Below, in pieces: positions 37,429-59,749 of a DNA stretch of 64,000 nt. Each line of letters opens with the position of its first letter. Position 1 is the stretch's first letter. Position numbers and translations under genes: made by a program. The stretch is from the human T2T-CHM13v2.0 reference genome, Homo sapiens. Under the pieces are notes generated by a model that was not told the origin of the DNA, searched no databases, and saw only the letters and a program-made list of their open reading frames with translations. The stretch lies in the NCBI RefSeq assembly GCF_009914755.1, contig NC_060925.1; one strand, written 5' to 3'.

Positions 37429-38660
37429 TAACACTACCATCAGCAGTCCACTTTCACACATTCTCCCAAGCCCTGTTATCAAACTTCTTTATTTTTGCTT
37501 TAATCTGCTGGAAAGAAAATGGTATTTTAACTGTCTATTCCCATGACTCCTAAAGTTGAGGATCTTTTTATGTTTATTAGCTGTTTCCACTTCTGTGTCT
37601 CTGAGTTGACTGTTCATTTCTTTTGCTTTATTATTATTATTTTGAGACAGGCTCTCACTGTGTTGCCCAGGCAGGAGTGTAGTGGTGTAATCATGGCCCA
37701 CTTGCAGCCTTGACTTCCTGGGCTAAAGCGATCCTCCCACCACAGCCTCCAAAGCAGCTGGGACCACAAGCACATGCCACTACATCCAGCTAATTTTAAA
37801 AATTATTTCAGAGATAGGGGTCTCCCTATGTTGCCCAGGGTTGTCTCAAACTCCTGGGCTCAAGTGATATTTCCACTTCAGCCTCCTAAGGTGCTGGGAT
37901 TATAGGCATGAGCTACTGTGTCCAGCTTCTTTTATCCTTTTTTTTTTTTAAATTGGGTTGTTTACATTTGTTTTTTTGATCTGTAGCAGCTCTTTATGCA
38001 TTTTGTGTATTATTATTTTTTAATGTGTAGCAAATGTTTTCTTCCACAGTATAGTGTAGGAAAGACAACATAACATGGTGGCTATGCACACACACTGGAA
38101 TCTAACTGCCTGGGTTTGAATTCCAGCTGTGCTACTTAGTTGTATCATCTTGAGCAAGTTACATAATTCTATGTGCCTCAGTTTCCTTAGCTGTGAAATG
38201 GAAATACTCATAGTTCCTATCTCACAGGTTTTTTTGGTATGCTGTGTCTTCACCTCATCTGGTTTTGAAGATTAAGTGAATTAATTCAGGTACAGAGCTG
38301 GAGTCATTGATTGGTGAAAGGCTGACATTGAGTGCTTTCTGTTTGTCACTTGGTTTCTCACTTTCCGGTATCTTTTTTTGGTATATATATGTTTTCATAC
38401 TTGTAGAAAATCTGTCCTTCTTATTTATGTGAACCAAATGTTCTGGATGTTGTGTTTTATGATTAGGAAGGCTATTCCCAAGTTGTATACTCAACAATGA
38501 AATGGTAACAATTGTGAACTATTATGAACTGGACAACCAAATAGAGCAGAATCTGTCAGAAACAGGAGCAGAAGTTGCTATATATACCATACTATTCTAT
38601 GAGTGGGATATAACAGGGATTTCAGAGAATCTTAAAAAAAGGTTAGATTGTTTTATAATA

Positions 38661-38955
38661 TTGTTAAAATCTATGGGAAGTCATTGATTTGGACTGAGCT
38701 CCTGCACTAGGCTGTTTACTTGTAAGGTCTGCGTTCCAGGAAATCAGGAGAGATGATAGCCAAATCCATTAAGCCAAATGGCGTCTGCTTTTCGTTCCCT
38801 GTTTCTGCCTTCTTCAACCTTTTCTGCCTATAAACCTCACCCTGCCCCCACAGCTCATCAGAGATCCTTTCTATTTTGTAGAAAGGTTTAGGAATATTTA
38901 ATAATAGCCAATTAGATCTTTAAAACTCGATTTGCTGAAATTTTATTATTTTACA
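38661..38955 (+). mobile_element. ERV1-class LTR remnant (MER57-like) upstream of the IARS2 promoter
   Basis: TGTTAAAAT...TTGGACTGAGCTCCTGCACTAGGC...TTTTACA; subfamily uncertain. Confidence 0.4.
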
Positions 38956-39209
38956 ATATTTTCACTGAACTTGTGCTGCCCACAGTCGTAGTCATTACCC
39001 AAGTGTGCCTGTTGAGGCCTTGCCATGAGTTTAGCCCAGATTGAGATGTGCAGTATGTGCAAAGTACATGTCAAATTTCAAAGGCTTCGTATGAAGAGAA
39101 TATGTAAAATATCTTACTTTTTATTGGCTACATGTTAAAGTGATACAATCATAGCTATGTTGTGTTAAAGTAAAAAAAAAAAAAATATATATATATATAT
39201 TTAAAAAGC

Positions 39210-39946
<737 letters not shown>

Positions 39947-40295
39947 TGAGCCCCTCCTTTGTACCAGGTTCTGGAGCGGGACATTAAGGGGTCACTAGCG
40001 ATGCCCAGTTACCAGCATGTATCGCACGTATGTCCCATGTCTACCGTAGGCAAAACAGATAGACTTTGGGCACTTTTCCAATGCCTTGTAAAAAGTAAAT
40101 TCACATGTCCACATGTAAATAAAAACCCAGGCTGGGCGCAGTGGCTCACGCCTGTAATCCCAGAACTTTGAAAGGCCAAGGCGGGAGAATCGCTTGAGCC
40201 AAGAGTTCGAGACCATATTGGCTAGTCACCCCCACCCCCCCGTCCTTAAAAAAAACCTTAAAAACCTCAATTATGATGAATGAAGGGGAAGTTGA

Positions 40296-40549
<254 letters not shown>

Positions 40550-41353
40550 TGATCTTCCCGCCTCGGCCTCCCAAAGTGCTGGGATTACAGGCCTGAGCCA
40601 CTACGCCCAGCCTAGTCTGAACTTTCTAAGAGCAGAGATTCCTCTTTAGCTTCTGTAATTCTAGTCTTTAAAAATCCCTGATATTCTTGGAATATTGGTT
40701 AAGTAAATATACTTAGCCTAAATATTCTGACAGTTATAAGAGTTCATCTAATTTTTTAAAGGTTTTTTAGTCAATACCTTCTGTATGCCAGAAAGAGTGA
40801 CAGTTTCAAATGTTTCCTCGTTTAATCTTCACACCAGCCCTGTAAGATGGATATTAACACTTTTTTTTTTCAGATAAGAAAGCAGGCCCGTAAGTGCACA
40901 GTAACCTGGACAAAATCATACAGCAAGTGAGGGAAGGGAAGTGACTTAGACTGCCATGCATGTTGTTCCCAGATTTGGGGAATGGCAAGCATTGCCGCCA
41001 AAGAATAGCAAGAATATGTGTGTCGGGAATCTGCAGGTCCTTCAACATGTCGGGGGTGAGGAGTGAAGCATGGGGAGTGATGAAAGAATGCCCGAGAACT
41101 TAGTGGCACTAAACCTTTGTAGGGTGCTGCATATCATATAAAGAGTTTAGACTTCAATCTGAGGTGTATGGGGACATTACTGAAAGATTTTAAGAGATGC
41201 GTACTTTGACACGCATTTCAGAAACCTCACCTTGTATTTCAGAGTTGAGTAGATTGGAATGGAATAGATTGGAATGTAATTGGAATGGAAATAAGCAAGT
41301 GTTGGCTGTTATTTATGGTTAGACTCAGGAGTATGTATTTATATGATGTTTAG

Positions 41354-41512
<159 letters not shown>

Positions 41513-42132
41513 TAGGTTATGACACTTGAAAGAAAGTGTTTATGTAAATACTCTTTATAAATGTGTATTCTAATTATATGATAATTATGTAAATTTAGAT
41601 TTGCACATAAAACTAAAACATTTTCATAGAAAGCAATATACAATTTTAGTACTGCATAAAAAAAATTGCTGCTATTTGCTTTGAGCTTAACGTTATATTA
41701 GTAAACATCATCTTATTCAGTGCATAATTATCGGGCGAGGCATTGTTCTAGAATCTGGGAATAGCAGTGGACAAAAAAAAGGTATGTCTTGGCCGGGCAG
41801 TATGGCTCATGCCTGTAATCAGTGCTTGGCCCACAGATATCAATAATTCATTATTTTTAAAATGCTTAGTAGAATTTCATTGAGAGAATATGTTAATACT
41901 ACAATCTGTTCACTCATTTTTCAGTTCTTTATTTTTTGTAGATTTCAGTGGAAATTTTGGGGAGGAAGTGGGCTTAGGCATCTGTAGTTTCAAAACCAGG
42001 AATTTGGTCACTGAATGGGTCAATAGTGCTATTAAAGAGACCAGGCGCAGTGGCTCACGCCTGTAATCCCAGCCCTTTGGGAGGCCGAGGCAAGCGGATC
42101 ACGAGGTCAGGAGATCGAGACCATCCTGGCTA

Positions 42133-42375
<243 letters not shown>

Positions 42376-42590
42376 TCAAACCCTTTTGCAAGGAATGGAA
42401 GAGCCAACATTAACTGGATTAAGCAAAGAGAGAGAATTTACTGGCTTTTTTACTGTAGAGTCCAGATAGTTTTAGCCACCTGCATAGCTGGATCAGGAAT
42501 TCACATAAAATTAAGAATTGGTTTCTGTCTCTCACTCTTTGCTACTTTAGTGACTGCCCCACCCCAGACCCCCAGCACATTTCCCAGTAG

Positions 42591-42842
<252 letters not shown>

Positions 42843-43110
42843 TAGCCAGGATGGTCTCGATCTCCTGACCTCGTGATCTGCCCGCCTCTGCCTCCCAAAG
42901 TGCTGGGATTACAGGCGTGAGCCACCACGTCTGGCCCCCAATAATTCTTATAAAAGTCCTGGAATTGAATCTCATTGGCCTGATTTGGGTCGCACATCTA
43001 TTTCTGAATCAGTCATTGCAGACTTGGGGATAGAATATGTTAATGGCTACAGTGGATCACGTGTTCACTCTTGGAGCTGCAGCAGAGGGAGCCAGCTCCA
43101 TGTGGATTGA

Positions 43111-43341
<231 letters not shown>

Positions 43342-44174
43342 TAGTAGAGACGTGGTTTCACCATGTTAGCCAGGATGGTCTCCATCTCCTGACCTCATGA
43401 TCCACCCGCCTCGGCCTCCCAAAGTGCTGGGATTACAGGCGTGAGCCACTGCACCCGGCCAAAACAGTGGCATCTTACAAAACTATCTCTCACATGAAGA
43501 GAAACCTTCTTGAAGCCCTTAGCAAAGAGCATGGGCACTTTGGAACTAGGGAAGGACCAATTCTTGCTCTTCCTCACACATGCTAATTATAGTCTTGCTT
43601 GCTTTCTCCTCTTCCTAGAATGCATCACCAGAATATTCACATGGATCACCTCCTCATTTCTTTCAGATTCTGTTCAAATGTCATCTTACCAGGCTCTCTT
43701 GACTTCCCTCTAAAATGGTACCACCCCCAGCCCCTAAATGTCATTTTCTAACCCTATAATTTGCTTTTTTCTCCATAGTGTGTGATATGTTGGTATATAT
43801 TCTGTGTTCCTCCATGAGAAAAAAGACCTTGTCGTTTTTGTTTACTACTATATTCTAGGTTCCTAGAAAAATTCTTGACATACAGTAGGCATTCAGATAT
43901 TTATCCCTCAAACAAAGCAATGCATGAATATTAGAAAAATGAAAGGAACAGAGATAAATGACTCTTAAAAGTATGGAGGAACTTTTTTTGGGGAGAAGGA
44001 GGGTGGTGTTTGATACTGAGGAGTTAGTAAAATATTCCTATGATATTGCTACTATTCTTTTCACTAGAGGCTTCATATATTATATTTTATTATTACATTT
44101 AAGAATCCTTATTAGGTACACTGTTAATTATTAGTTCCAGTGATTGATTTCATCCTGTTCATATGACTGAAAGC

Positions 44175-44800
<626 letters not shown>

Positions 44801-45653
44801 TGTTTAGAGCATATATGCATCCATGTATTCATGTATTTGATAAATATTTATAGACTAGTGCCAGAAACCATTCGAAAGGCTGGAATTCATAGGTGAAGAG
44901 GACAGATGGGCTCTCTGATTTCATGGAGTTTATGTTTTACAGGGAAGAGACAAAAAAATAAGTAAACAATTTCCAAAGAGTTAAGTAGAAAGGAGGTTAT
45001 TTATATGATGATTGATTTAAATAATATACCCAGAGTAAAGTGAACCAATCTTAAGTATGTATAGCTAGATGAATTTTTTTTAATGTGACAACCACTCAGA
45101 TCACAAGGCTCCTTCCTGTTCATTAGTAAACAGTTTGAAATTAGAGTTTTTAAAGGGGGGAAGGGATGGGAGGAGAATATAATAATATCTTTTCTACTTT
45201 TGATAGGCATGGAAAGGAGGAAATTGTTTTCTGGACTACTGGGCTAGTGGTCAGAGCACTGTTTCCTCTTGGGAAGAAGGAAATTGAGCTTGGAGCCAAA
45301 TCTATCCTTTGCCTTTGATTCCTCCATTCAACTATAGTAATATATTTTTTAAAAGGCTCTGCTGCCCTCTGGTATCTAAAATGAATTTAAAAAGGTAAAT
45401 TGGTTCTAGAACTATACCTAATGAAGAGGTCTACTGTTTTAGTAAGGGTTTGTCAATGACAGAGTTAACCACAATATTCCATTCTCTGAGTACACTGTAA
45501 GTTCTGCAATGGTTTGATGATATTTCTTAGCTCAATATAAATAATATTAGACTATTTGTGTCAATAGTTTTTTTATGAGTTAATTTATACGTTTCCTTTC
45601 AAATTGCAGTTTTAAAAATGGTATTAAGTTTAAAAAAAAGAACATAAATTGTA

Positions 45654-45928
<275 letters not shown>

Positions 45929-47055
45929 TAATCTGTATTTCTGTTTTAAAATGATATTTGTAAACACTCAGGTCCTTGAAATAGTCAGAACTTTACCAAA
46001 GGAACCTTTTGTTTGGGTTTCGTTTGCTTATAATAAGATCTATTGGAAACGCCTTTCTGTCACAGAAAATTCAGATTTTATTTCATTGATTTTTGTAAGA
46101 ACTTATGTTTGGATATTGAAGGAAAGACTTTGTGAGCATTTCTGATTGCATTCTCAGTTTCTTAATGTTCATATTTTAAAAAACTATTTTTTGGTAAATT
46201 CTTTTTTCTGCTTTCCTCAAGGGGGCTTGTTGACTGATTTTAGGTGTTAAGCCAAAATTCAATTCTAAAATACATATATTTTACATTAATCTTTTATTTG
46301 ATCCTTTTTCTTCAGTCGACTGGGCCAAGGGAGGATTCTCTTTTTCTTATATGTTATACTATTGTACATTTGGATGTAACTGTGAAGATTTTTTTACTTC
46401 CTTGTGAAACCTATTATCATTGGCTTAGATTTGATATTCTGATTAATTTTTTGTGTATAATGAAATGAAAATTGTTATCTGACCTTTTCTTAAATTAAGA
46501 AACAATAAGGAATAATTTTTCCAGTTTATTTGTCCTAAATATGAGGTCATTGTATAAAGTCTGGAAAATACAGAAGACAGTAATAAAATTTTAACTTTTG
46601 CAATTCCAGTTAATTTTAGAATTTGTTGTAGGTATCTTCTGAACACTGTTGACCTTCAAATTATTTTTCTATTAAAAAATTTTTATAGGCTGGGCACAGT
46701 GGCTCATGCCTGTAATCCTAGCACTTTGGGAGGCTGAGGGAGGTGGATCGATCACCTAAGGTCAGGAGTTTGAGACCAGCCTGGCCAACATGGCAAAACC
46801 CCGTATCTACTAAAAATACCAAATAATTAGCCAGGTATGGTGGCTCACGCCTGTAGTCCCAGATACTTGGGAGGCTGAGGCACGAGAATTGCTTGAACCT
46901 GTGTGGCAGAGGTTACAGTGAGCTGAGATCCGCCACTGCATGCCAACCTGGGCAACAGAGCAAGACTCCATCTCAAAAAAAAAAAATTTTGTGCTCGGGC
47001 GCCGTGGCTCACGCCTGTAATCCCAGCACTTTGGGAGGCTGAGGCGGGTAGATCA

Positions 47056-47280
<225 letters not shown>

Positions 47281-47377
47281 TCAAAAAAAATTTGCATTCT
47301 AAACTGTCTGTAGCATTTGCATTTAGAGAGATACATGCTAAACCATGTTTAAGAATTCGAATTCATTGGTTTTTTAA

Positions 47378-47584
<207 letters not shown>

Positions 47585-47636
47585 TAGTATGCGTTACAAG
47601 ATTCTACTTTTAACATCATATTTTTGTCTTTTATAG

Positions 47637-47686
47637 GGCTTGGTTTATCGATCTTACAAACCTGTGTTTTGGTCTCCGTCATCTAG
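47637..47686 (+). CDS. IARS2: IARS2 exon 5 (GLVYRSYKPVFWSPSSR)
   Basis: TATAG acceptor, TAG|GTATAT donor, 50 nt. Confidence 0.95.
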
Positions 47687-47712
47687 GTATATATGCATTT
47701 TTCGGTAATTAA

Positions 47713-47892
<180 letters not shown>

Positions 47893-47935
47893 TAGCTTGA
47901 GTGTACCAAAGTTATAGAATTATCCCATTTGCTAA

Positions 47936-48088
<153 letters not shown>

Positions 48089-48251
48089 TAGAATGTATTC
48101 CATTATTAACATTATTTTGAATTTATTTTATCCTGTTTATTATTGTAAAATTTAATGAATTATAACTTAGTTATTATGTTCATATAGATTTTATTAACCT
48201 TTAGGTGATCCTTTTTATGACCTTATCCAGCTTTTCGGGAAAATGAAATAG

Positions 48252-48500
<249 letters not shown>

Positions 48501-48697
48501 TAGTAGAGATGGGGTTTCTCTATGTTGGTGAGGCTGGTTGCAAACTCCCAACCTCAGGTGATCCACCTGCCTTGGCCTCCCAAAGTGCTGGGATTATAGA
48601 CATGAGCCACCGCGCTGGCCTGAAGTCAGTTTTTTCTAAAATGATTATTTAAAAATTAAAATGATATCTGTGGCTTTTCTTGTTTCATTATTAGTAA

Positions 48698-48847
<150 letters not shown>

Positions 48848-49643
48848 TAGATATCTGACAACATAGTCATCAAAGTATTGGGCTGACTTGAATTTACTAC
48901 TTTGCTGAACTGCATATTTTGAATTGAAACAGATATGGCCTCTACCTTTCTAGAATACATTTTACATTGATTACACTAAAGGAGAATATACATTAAGCAT
49001 GATAGGAGTATAGAAAAATATGAATATTGATAAATGTACAACAGGTAAAACTAATTTCTGGCAATATCCAGTAGTTACTTGGTAAAATTTTATGCAAAAT
49101 TAATTTTTAAAATTGTTTTTATCTGTTTTAATAAAAGTAGCAAGAAAGGAAATGCATATACTTATTTTTCGATACATAATTTTAATAAAGGATTGAATAA
49201 GTTCTGAAAATTATTCAGAAAGCAGTTCTTCTATCAAAGGAATTTTATTTTATTTTATTTTTTAAAGAGACAGGGTCTCATGCTGTTGCCCACTGCTGGA
49301 ATGCAGTGGTCCAGTCAGCTCATTGCAGCCTCAAACTCCCGGGCTCAAGCAATCCTCCTGCCCTGGCCACCCAAGTAGCTGGGACTATAGGCACATGCCA
49401 CTGCACCCGGCTAATTTTGAAAAAATATTTTACAGAGATGAATTCTTGTTGTGTAGCCCAGACTGGTCTGGAATTCCTGGGCTCAAGTGATCTGCCTGCC
49501 TTGGCCTGCCAAAGTGCTGGGATTAAAGGCGTAAGCCACTGTGCCTAGCCCAAAATAATTCTTTGTGAGCTATAATTTGGGACTTTTGAGGTAGTGACTG
49601 CTTTGAAATATAATTATGGAAGTCTAGGGAAGTTTAAAATTAG

Positions 49644-49781
<138 letters not shown>

Positions 49782-49824
49782 TGAGTAGCTGGGACTACAA
49801 GTGTGTGCCACCATGCTGGACTAA

Positions 49825-50126
<302 letters not shown>

Positions 50127-51145
50127 TAGGTATGATATATCTTTTAATTTCTTGCTAAAAAATCTATCACATGAATAAAGATACAAAAACTGCCTAGAAA
50201 GACTGCCTAGCTAAATAGGAAAGCCCTCTAAATTAATCAGTTCAGATACAAGCCAATGAGAAGTTTAAACAACCTTAACAAAAATAAAAAGATTTTTATG
50301 TCAGAGGCAGGAAAGGAGCTTAAGAATTTTGAAGACCATTTGGTCCTCTTTGGTGCAATAGGGTAATAAAAATAAAAACCAAGATAATAATTTACTTCAC
50401 ACCCTCTCTCACTGTGTTGCCCAGGCTTGTTTCAAACTCCTGGGCTCAAGCAATCTTCCTGCCACAGCCTCCCAAAGTGCTGCAATTACAGACATGAGCT
50501 ACTGCACCCAGCCCCCTGCTCTTTTATAAATGCAGAGGATATTAAAGACTTCATTGTCAAGTTATACATTATCATAGAAGCTAAAAATCACAAGATTTTT
50601 GAAAGTGTTAAGGTTGAATTTAAAGATCTTTTGTCTAGATAGCATAATTGTTTCAAATTCTTACTATCAGATAATTATTGAGTTGCTATTTGAGTCACCA
50701 TATTGTGGAGGAGTATATATATTATCCCTGTCAAAATAAGCTGGTGTCACGTAGCTACTACTTATTAAAGTAGTAGGAATGTTGAAGAGCTAAAAATGAA
50801 GTAATTTGTATGGGGTAGGTTTTCTTTCCGGAAAAAAATGAATTATTTCTTATCAATTACTTAGAGATCATTTTGGGAGGGTGGTGAGGGAGAATATTAA
50901 GTGGTAGATGCAGTAAGTATCAAAACACTTAAACTACATTAACTCTGTTTATTCTCACAGAAACCCTCTGAGGTGGGAACCATAATTATCTGCATTTTAT
51001 AGATTATAGAAGGTCACAGAACAAGTTAAAGGGGAAGCTGGAATTTAAGCCTAGCCAGTATTGTTCTAGATTCTGCACATTTAACCTGATACTCTATTGC
51101 TAAGCTTAAGGAGATAGATTTGCCATATAAAATGATTCTTAATAG

Positions 51146-51358
<213 letters not shown>

Positions 51359-51868
51359 TAATTATTCATCTTAATAAAAGGAAATGATAAATTCTAACCA
51401 ACATCTTCATTTTTTAAAAATGATGACTTTTGTCATCATAATTGTGAAATGCTCAGGTTTGTGTAGTACTCTAAAGTTTCATTAATTCGTACTAATTGAA
51501 AAAGATTTCCCAGAATTAATAGAAAATTAGCACTTTAGAATTGAAGAATATATATCATGGGGCACTTTTAAAATACTTTTTTTCTAGTATCAAGTCACAT
51601 AGACAAATTACTTTTATTCCCTGAAAAAGCCTGTTTGTTTTAGCTAAACAGTCCTTTCTACATTTACTTTACATACTTCAGTTACTTAGCAAGTATTTCC
51701 GTTTAGTTAAAAGGTGAGTCAGAAAGGGAACAACTGTGTATATAGGCATAGATTTGGAAACAATAGAGACCACTCAAAGATGTTTTAATATATTTTGTTA
51801 CTTTTGTTATTAAAGTTTATGGATATGCTTCAATAACACATTTTGGCTTTGGTGATTTAAATGTATAA

Positions 51869-52224
<356 letters not shown>

Positions 52225-52334
52225 TAGAAAAAGACCAGGCTATACTGAGATGTTTTTATATATATTGTTTTGCCAGATATTGTCATAAGAGAAAATGTCT
52301 TGATATTTTAATTGTTCAAAATGATACTTTATAG

Positions 52335-52442
<108 letters not shown>

Positions 52443-52914
52443 TGATATCATACATGTTTTCTGAAAAGTAGGTAGCAGTAACCTTTGCTACCTATTTTCC
52501 CTCCTTATACTTTAACAGAAACAAAAAAATAAATTATGTCTTGTTTTGCCATATGTTTTAAAATGGAGTTTGGGACTTTTTCATCTTTTGCTTTGAAGCT
52601 GCTTTATTTAAGCAAGTCAGGGCAGTCAACAGGGAGTGAAGTTATTTTAGGGCTATGGAGATAATAATCAGCAGTATTACTTTTGTGGAAGGATACAATC
52701 AAGATCAGGGCTGGATGTTGACTGTAAATTACACATTCCCTACTCACTTTTTAACCCTTGTAAATAACTGACCTATATGGCATGATTTATGTATTAGAAT
52801 CTTGGGAATCCTCCAGCCTTGAATTGTCTTTCTGTCTTCCTTTACAGATTCAGAGACCAAGTGCTATGAAAACCTTTCTTTGCCCACACTAAGACTAAGG
52901 CTATTTAGACCTGA

Positions 52915-55093
<2,179 letters not shown>

Positions 55094-55573
55094 ACCTGGT
55101 TTCCTCCAGATTACCTGGAGACCATTTTAAGATTCATGGCATGAAAGATTATGGATCTAAACTTCAAATGTAGAATTCTAGATATAATCTGTTCATCTTT
55201 TCTTTGACGTGAAAAGAGGTAGAAGTGGCATAATTTGGAGTCTGATTAAGATTTTACAGTCCGTGCTTTTTTTTGCCAGGAGAATCCCAGAGCACGCCTT
55301 TGATACCTGGAAGGTGACTACTCTTTTTTATTTTATTTTTTTTTGTGAGACAGAGTCTCGCTTTGTTGCCCAGGCTGGAGTGCAGTGGCACAATCTCGGT
55401 TCACTACAGCCTCCGCTTTAGCTTAGGTTCAAATGATTCTCCCACCTCAGCCTCCCAAGTAGCTGGGATTACAGGCTCACACCACTGTGCCCTGCTAATT
55501 TTTTTGTATTTTTAATAGAGATGGGGTTTCACCATGCAGGCCAGGCTGGTCTTGAATTCCTGACCTCAAGTGA

Positions 55574-55918
<345 letters not shown>

Positions 55919-56037
55919 TGAGCCACTGTGGCTGGCAAGGTGACTACTCTTATTGCCACCTGTTGCTGCAGATTTAGTATTTTCTGGAAGTTTAGAGCAT
56001 TTTTAGGATTTTCACAGTACTTTTTAATTATGTCTAA

Positions 56038-56214
<177 letters not shown>

Positions 56215-56850
56215 TAAAAAGCATCCTGTTTTAACAGGTCGGGCATATCATTCCCTCAGTATAAAGGGGCTGCATGTGAGGTTGAGGTGGGGTTTCAGGA
56301 GTAATAGGGATTGCTGCTATTATGATTTAGTTTCATAACATTGTAGAATTTTAGATCTGGAAGGACCTTGGACTTCCATTTTTTCATTATACATGTGTGA
56401 GAAATGAGGCATAAAGAGGTTGAGTGATTTGTCCACATCACACTGTTAGTAGATAGACTTTCTTGCCCAGTGTAGTCAAAGTTGCATAGAATTTGGACAG
56501 AACTGTGTTACCTAGTTTAACCTCCCACTGCCTCTGTTTCCTCATCTATATAAAGTGGTAATAATGCGTATCTCATGGAGTAAGGAAATTCGAGTTTCCA
56601 GAATATGGTCTGATACATAATAAGCAGTCAGTAAAACTTTTTTAAACCCTTTGCTTCCTTAAGATTGAAATTACAATCAATTAAAAAAGTTACTGTTCTG
56701 CTTACAAAGGAAGCATATTAAAAAGAAAAACTAACAATATGAAAAATATACAAAGTTGTTGCTTTGGAGCTAACAAATACTTATAATTGGTATTTAAATA
56801 CTTAATATATATTTGAGCCCTTTCATTTAATATGTATCTTTCTATATGGG

Positions 56851-56899
<49 letters not shown>
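56851..56899. repeat. (TA)n(TG)n microsatellite
   Basis: Read directly. Confidence 0.9.
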
Positions 56900-57398
56900 A
56901 AACATCTCTCACAACTTGATTCTATTTAATGAAAGAGCTTAAATATATATGTGTTAACCAGGTTGAATATATAGATATTTTGCTTTACAGTTTGAAAGAT
57001 ACTACTGTATTTAGCTGGTTCATTTATTGGCCTGGCAATTTGGGGTCCTTGCCAAAGCTTTTTATAGCAGTTTATACTTTCTATACTTGTGTAATGTGGA
57101 CAACTATAATATATAGTGCATTTTGGTTTTTTCTTCATTTAAAGCCTCTCTTCCTTATTTGTCAATGTTAAAATTTGTAAATTGCAGCTCTGCACCGATT
57201 TTTGGTTGTAGAACATCTAAGTCTGACGCAATATATTTAAGCCAAGTTTTTTTTTTAACTTTTTTGTAAAGTTAAAAATTGTTCTTTGTAGAAGTAGTGA
57301 GAATAGGATAATGTATTGTCGTATTCCCATCACTCAGTTTCAACAATAATCAACTTTTGGTTAATTTTGTTTTTATCTACACCCCTCCGACCACCTAC

Positions 57399-57707
<309 letters not shown>

Positions 57708-57805
57708 CGACCACCTACTTTTTACCCCTTAACAATTGGATTATTTTAAAGCAAATTCCAGGCACTATTTCTTCCATATTATATATTGTCCCGGCGATAT
57801 TTTAG

Positions 57806-58153
<348 letters not shown>

Positions 58154-58202
58154 TGAGATGGAGTTTCACTCTTGTTGCCCAGGCTGGAGTGCAGTGATGT
58201 GA

Positions 58203-58487
<285 letters not shown>

Positions 58488-59581
58488 TAATAGTTATTCC
58501 TTAGCAAAATCAAATATCTATTCAATATTCACATTTCTTAGACTTTTAAACCAAGTATGGTATTAATCAAATTGATTTGTAGAGATTTTGCCATTCTGCC
58601 AATAGGTGGTGCTACAGAGAGCTTTGTGGGAGGGGACTTCTGGTAGTTACGGTGAGTGAGGAAACCATTTAAACCTTCTTTGAAAATGTAAAAATGCTTT
58701 TATTAATGGATAGAAAGATTTTTTAAAATGAAGTTAACATTTTGACCTTTTTGGAGACTATTAGTAAACATTTTTGCTATACAGTTAATCTTTTGCTAGT
58801 TGACAAATTAAATCAAATGGTAGCAGTTTTCAACCTTATTTTGGGAATGGAGGAAGGGAGCTTTCTTGAGAGGAAGTAACTGTTAGCCATTTGTCGATAG
58901 ATATATATATATATATAGAGAGAGAGATTTATTTTAGAGACAGGCTCTTGCTCTGTCGCCCAGGTTGGAGTGCACTGCCATGCTCATAGCTCACTGCAAC
59001 CTTGAACTCTTGGGCTCAAGTGATCCTCCCACCTCAGCCTACCAAAATGCTGGGATTACAGGTTTGAACCACATACTTGGGCTTATTTTGAGAAAGTGTT
59101 TTCTGTGTTGTAAACTATATTATGTAAAATTAGGTATATCGCAATCTTTTTTTGGCAGTCTACGATAGTAATTTATTTTTTAAGCATTTTAAAAAATGGT
59201 GGAAATCAAGTTTGAATTGATTTTAACTATAGTTTAGTGAAGTATAATAGTTCTATGAAAGCTTTTATTACCAGTTTTGATCTAGGGTTGGTGTAAATTA
59301 GAAATTGGTATGAAATCTTTTGTAACATTGTTAAAAAATGCAACAATGCTCCTGATATTATCACTGCTCCCGATATTATTTATTAAGTTCTTCGCGGCTC
59401 CATTTTTACTTTGCCTTATTTGCTCTGAAATCTTTTAGTTCTTTAGTTGTTTTTTTGAGGGGAGGGTAAGGGAGGTATGTGAATGGCTACAAACATCCAA
59501 AAGAAACAAATGCATTTGGAAAATTGACTGTTCTAGAATACTTGTTCTGCTTTCTCTCACAAGACTTGATTTATGAATTAA

Positions 59582-59749
<168 letters not shown>

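Noticed and set aside
41251-41291. Short GGAAT repeat resembling satellite II/III
   Set aside because: Only about 40 bp and degenerate; a simple repeat
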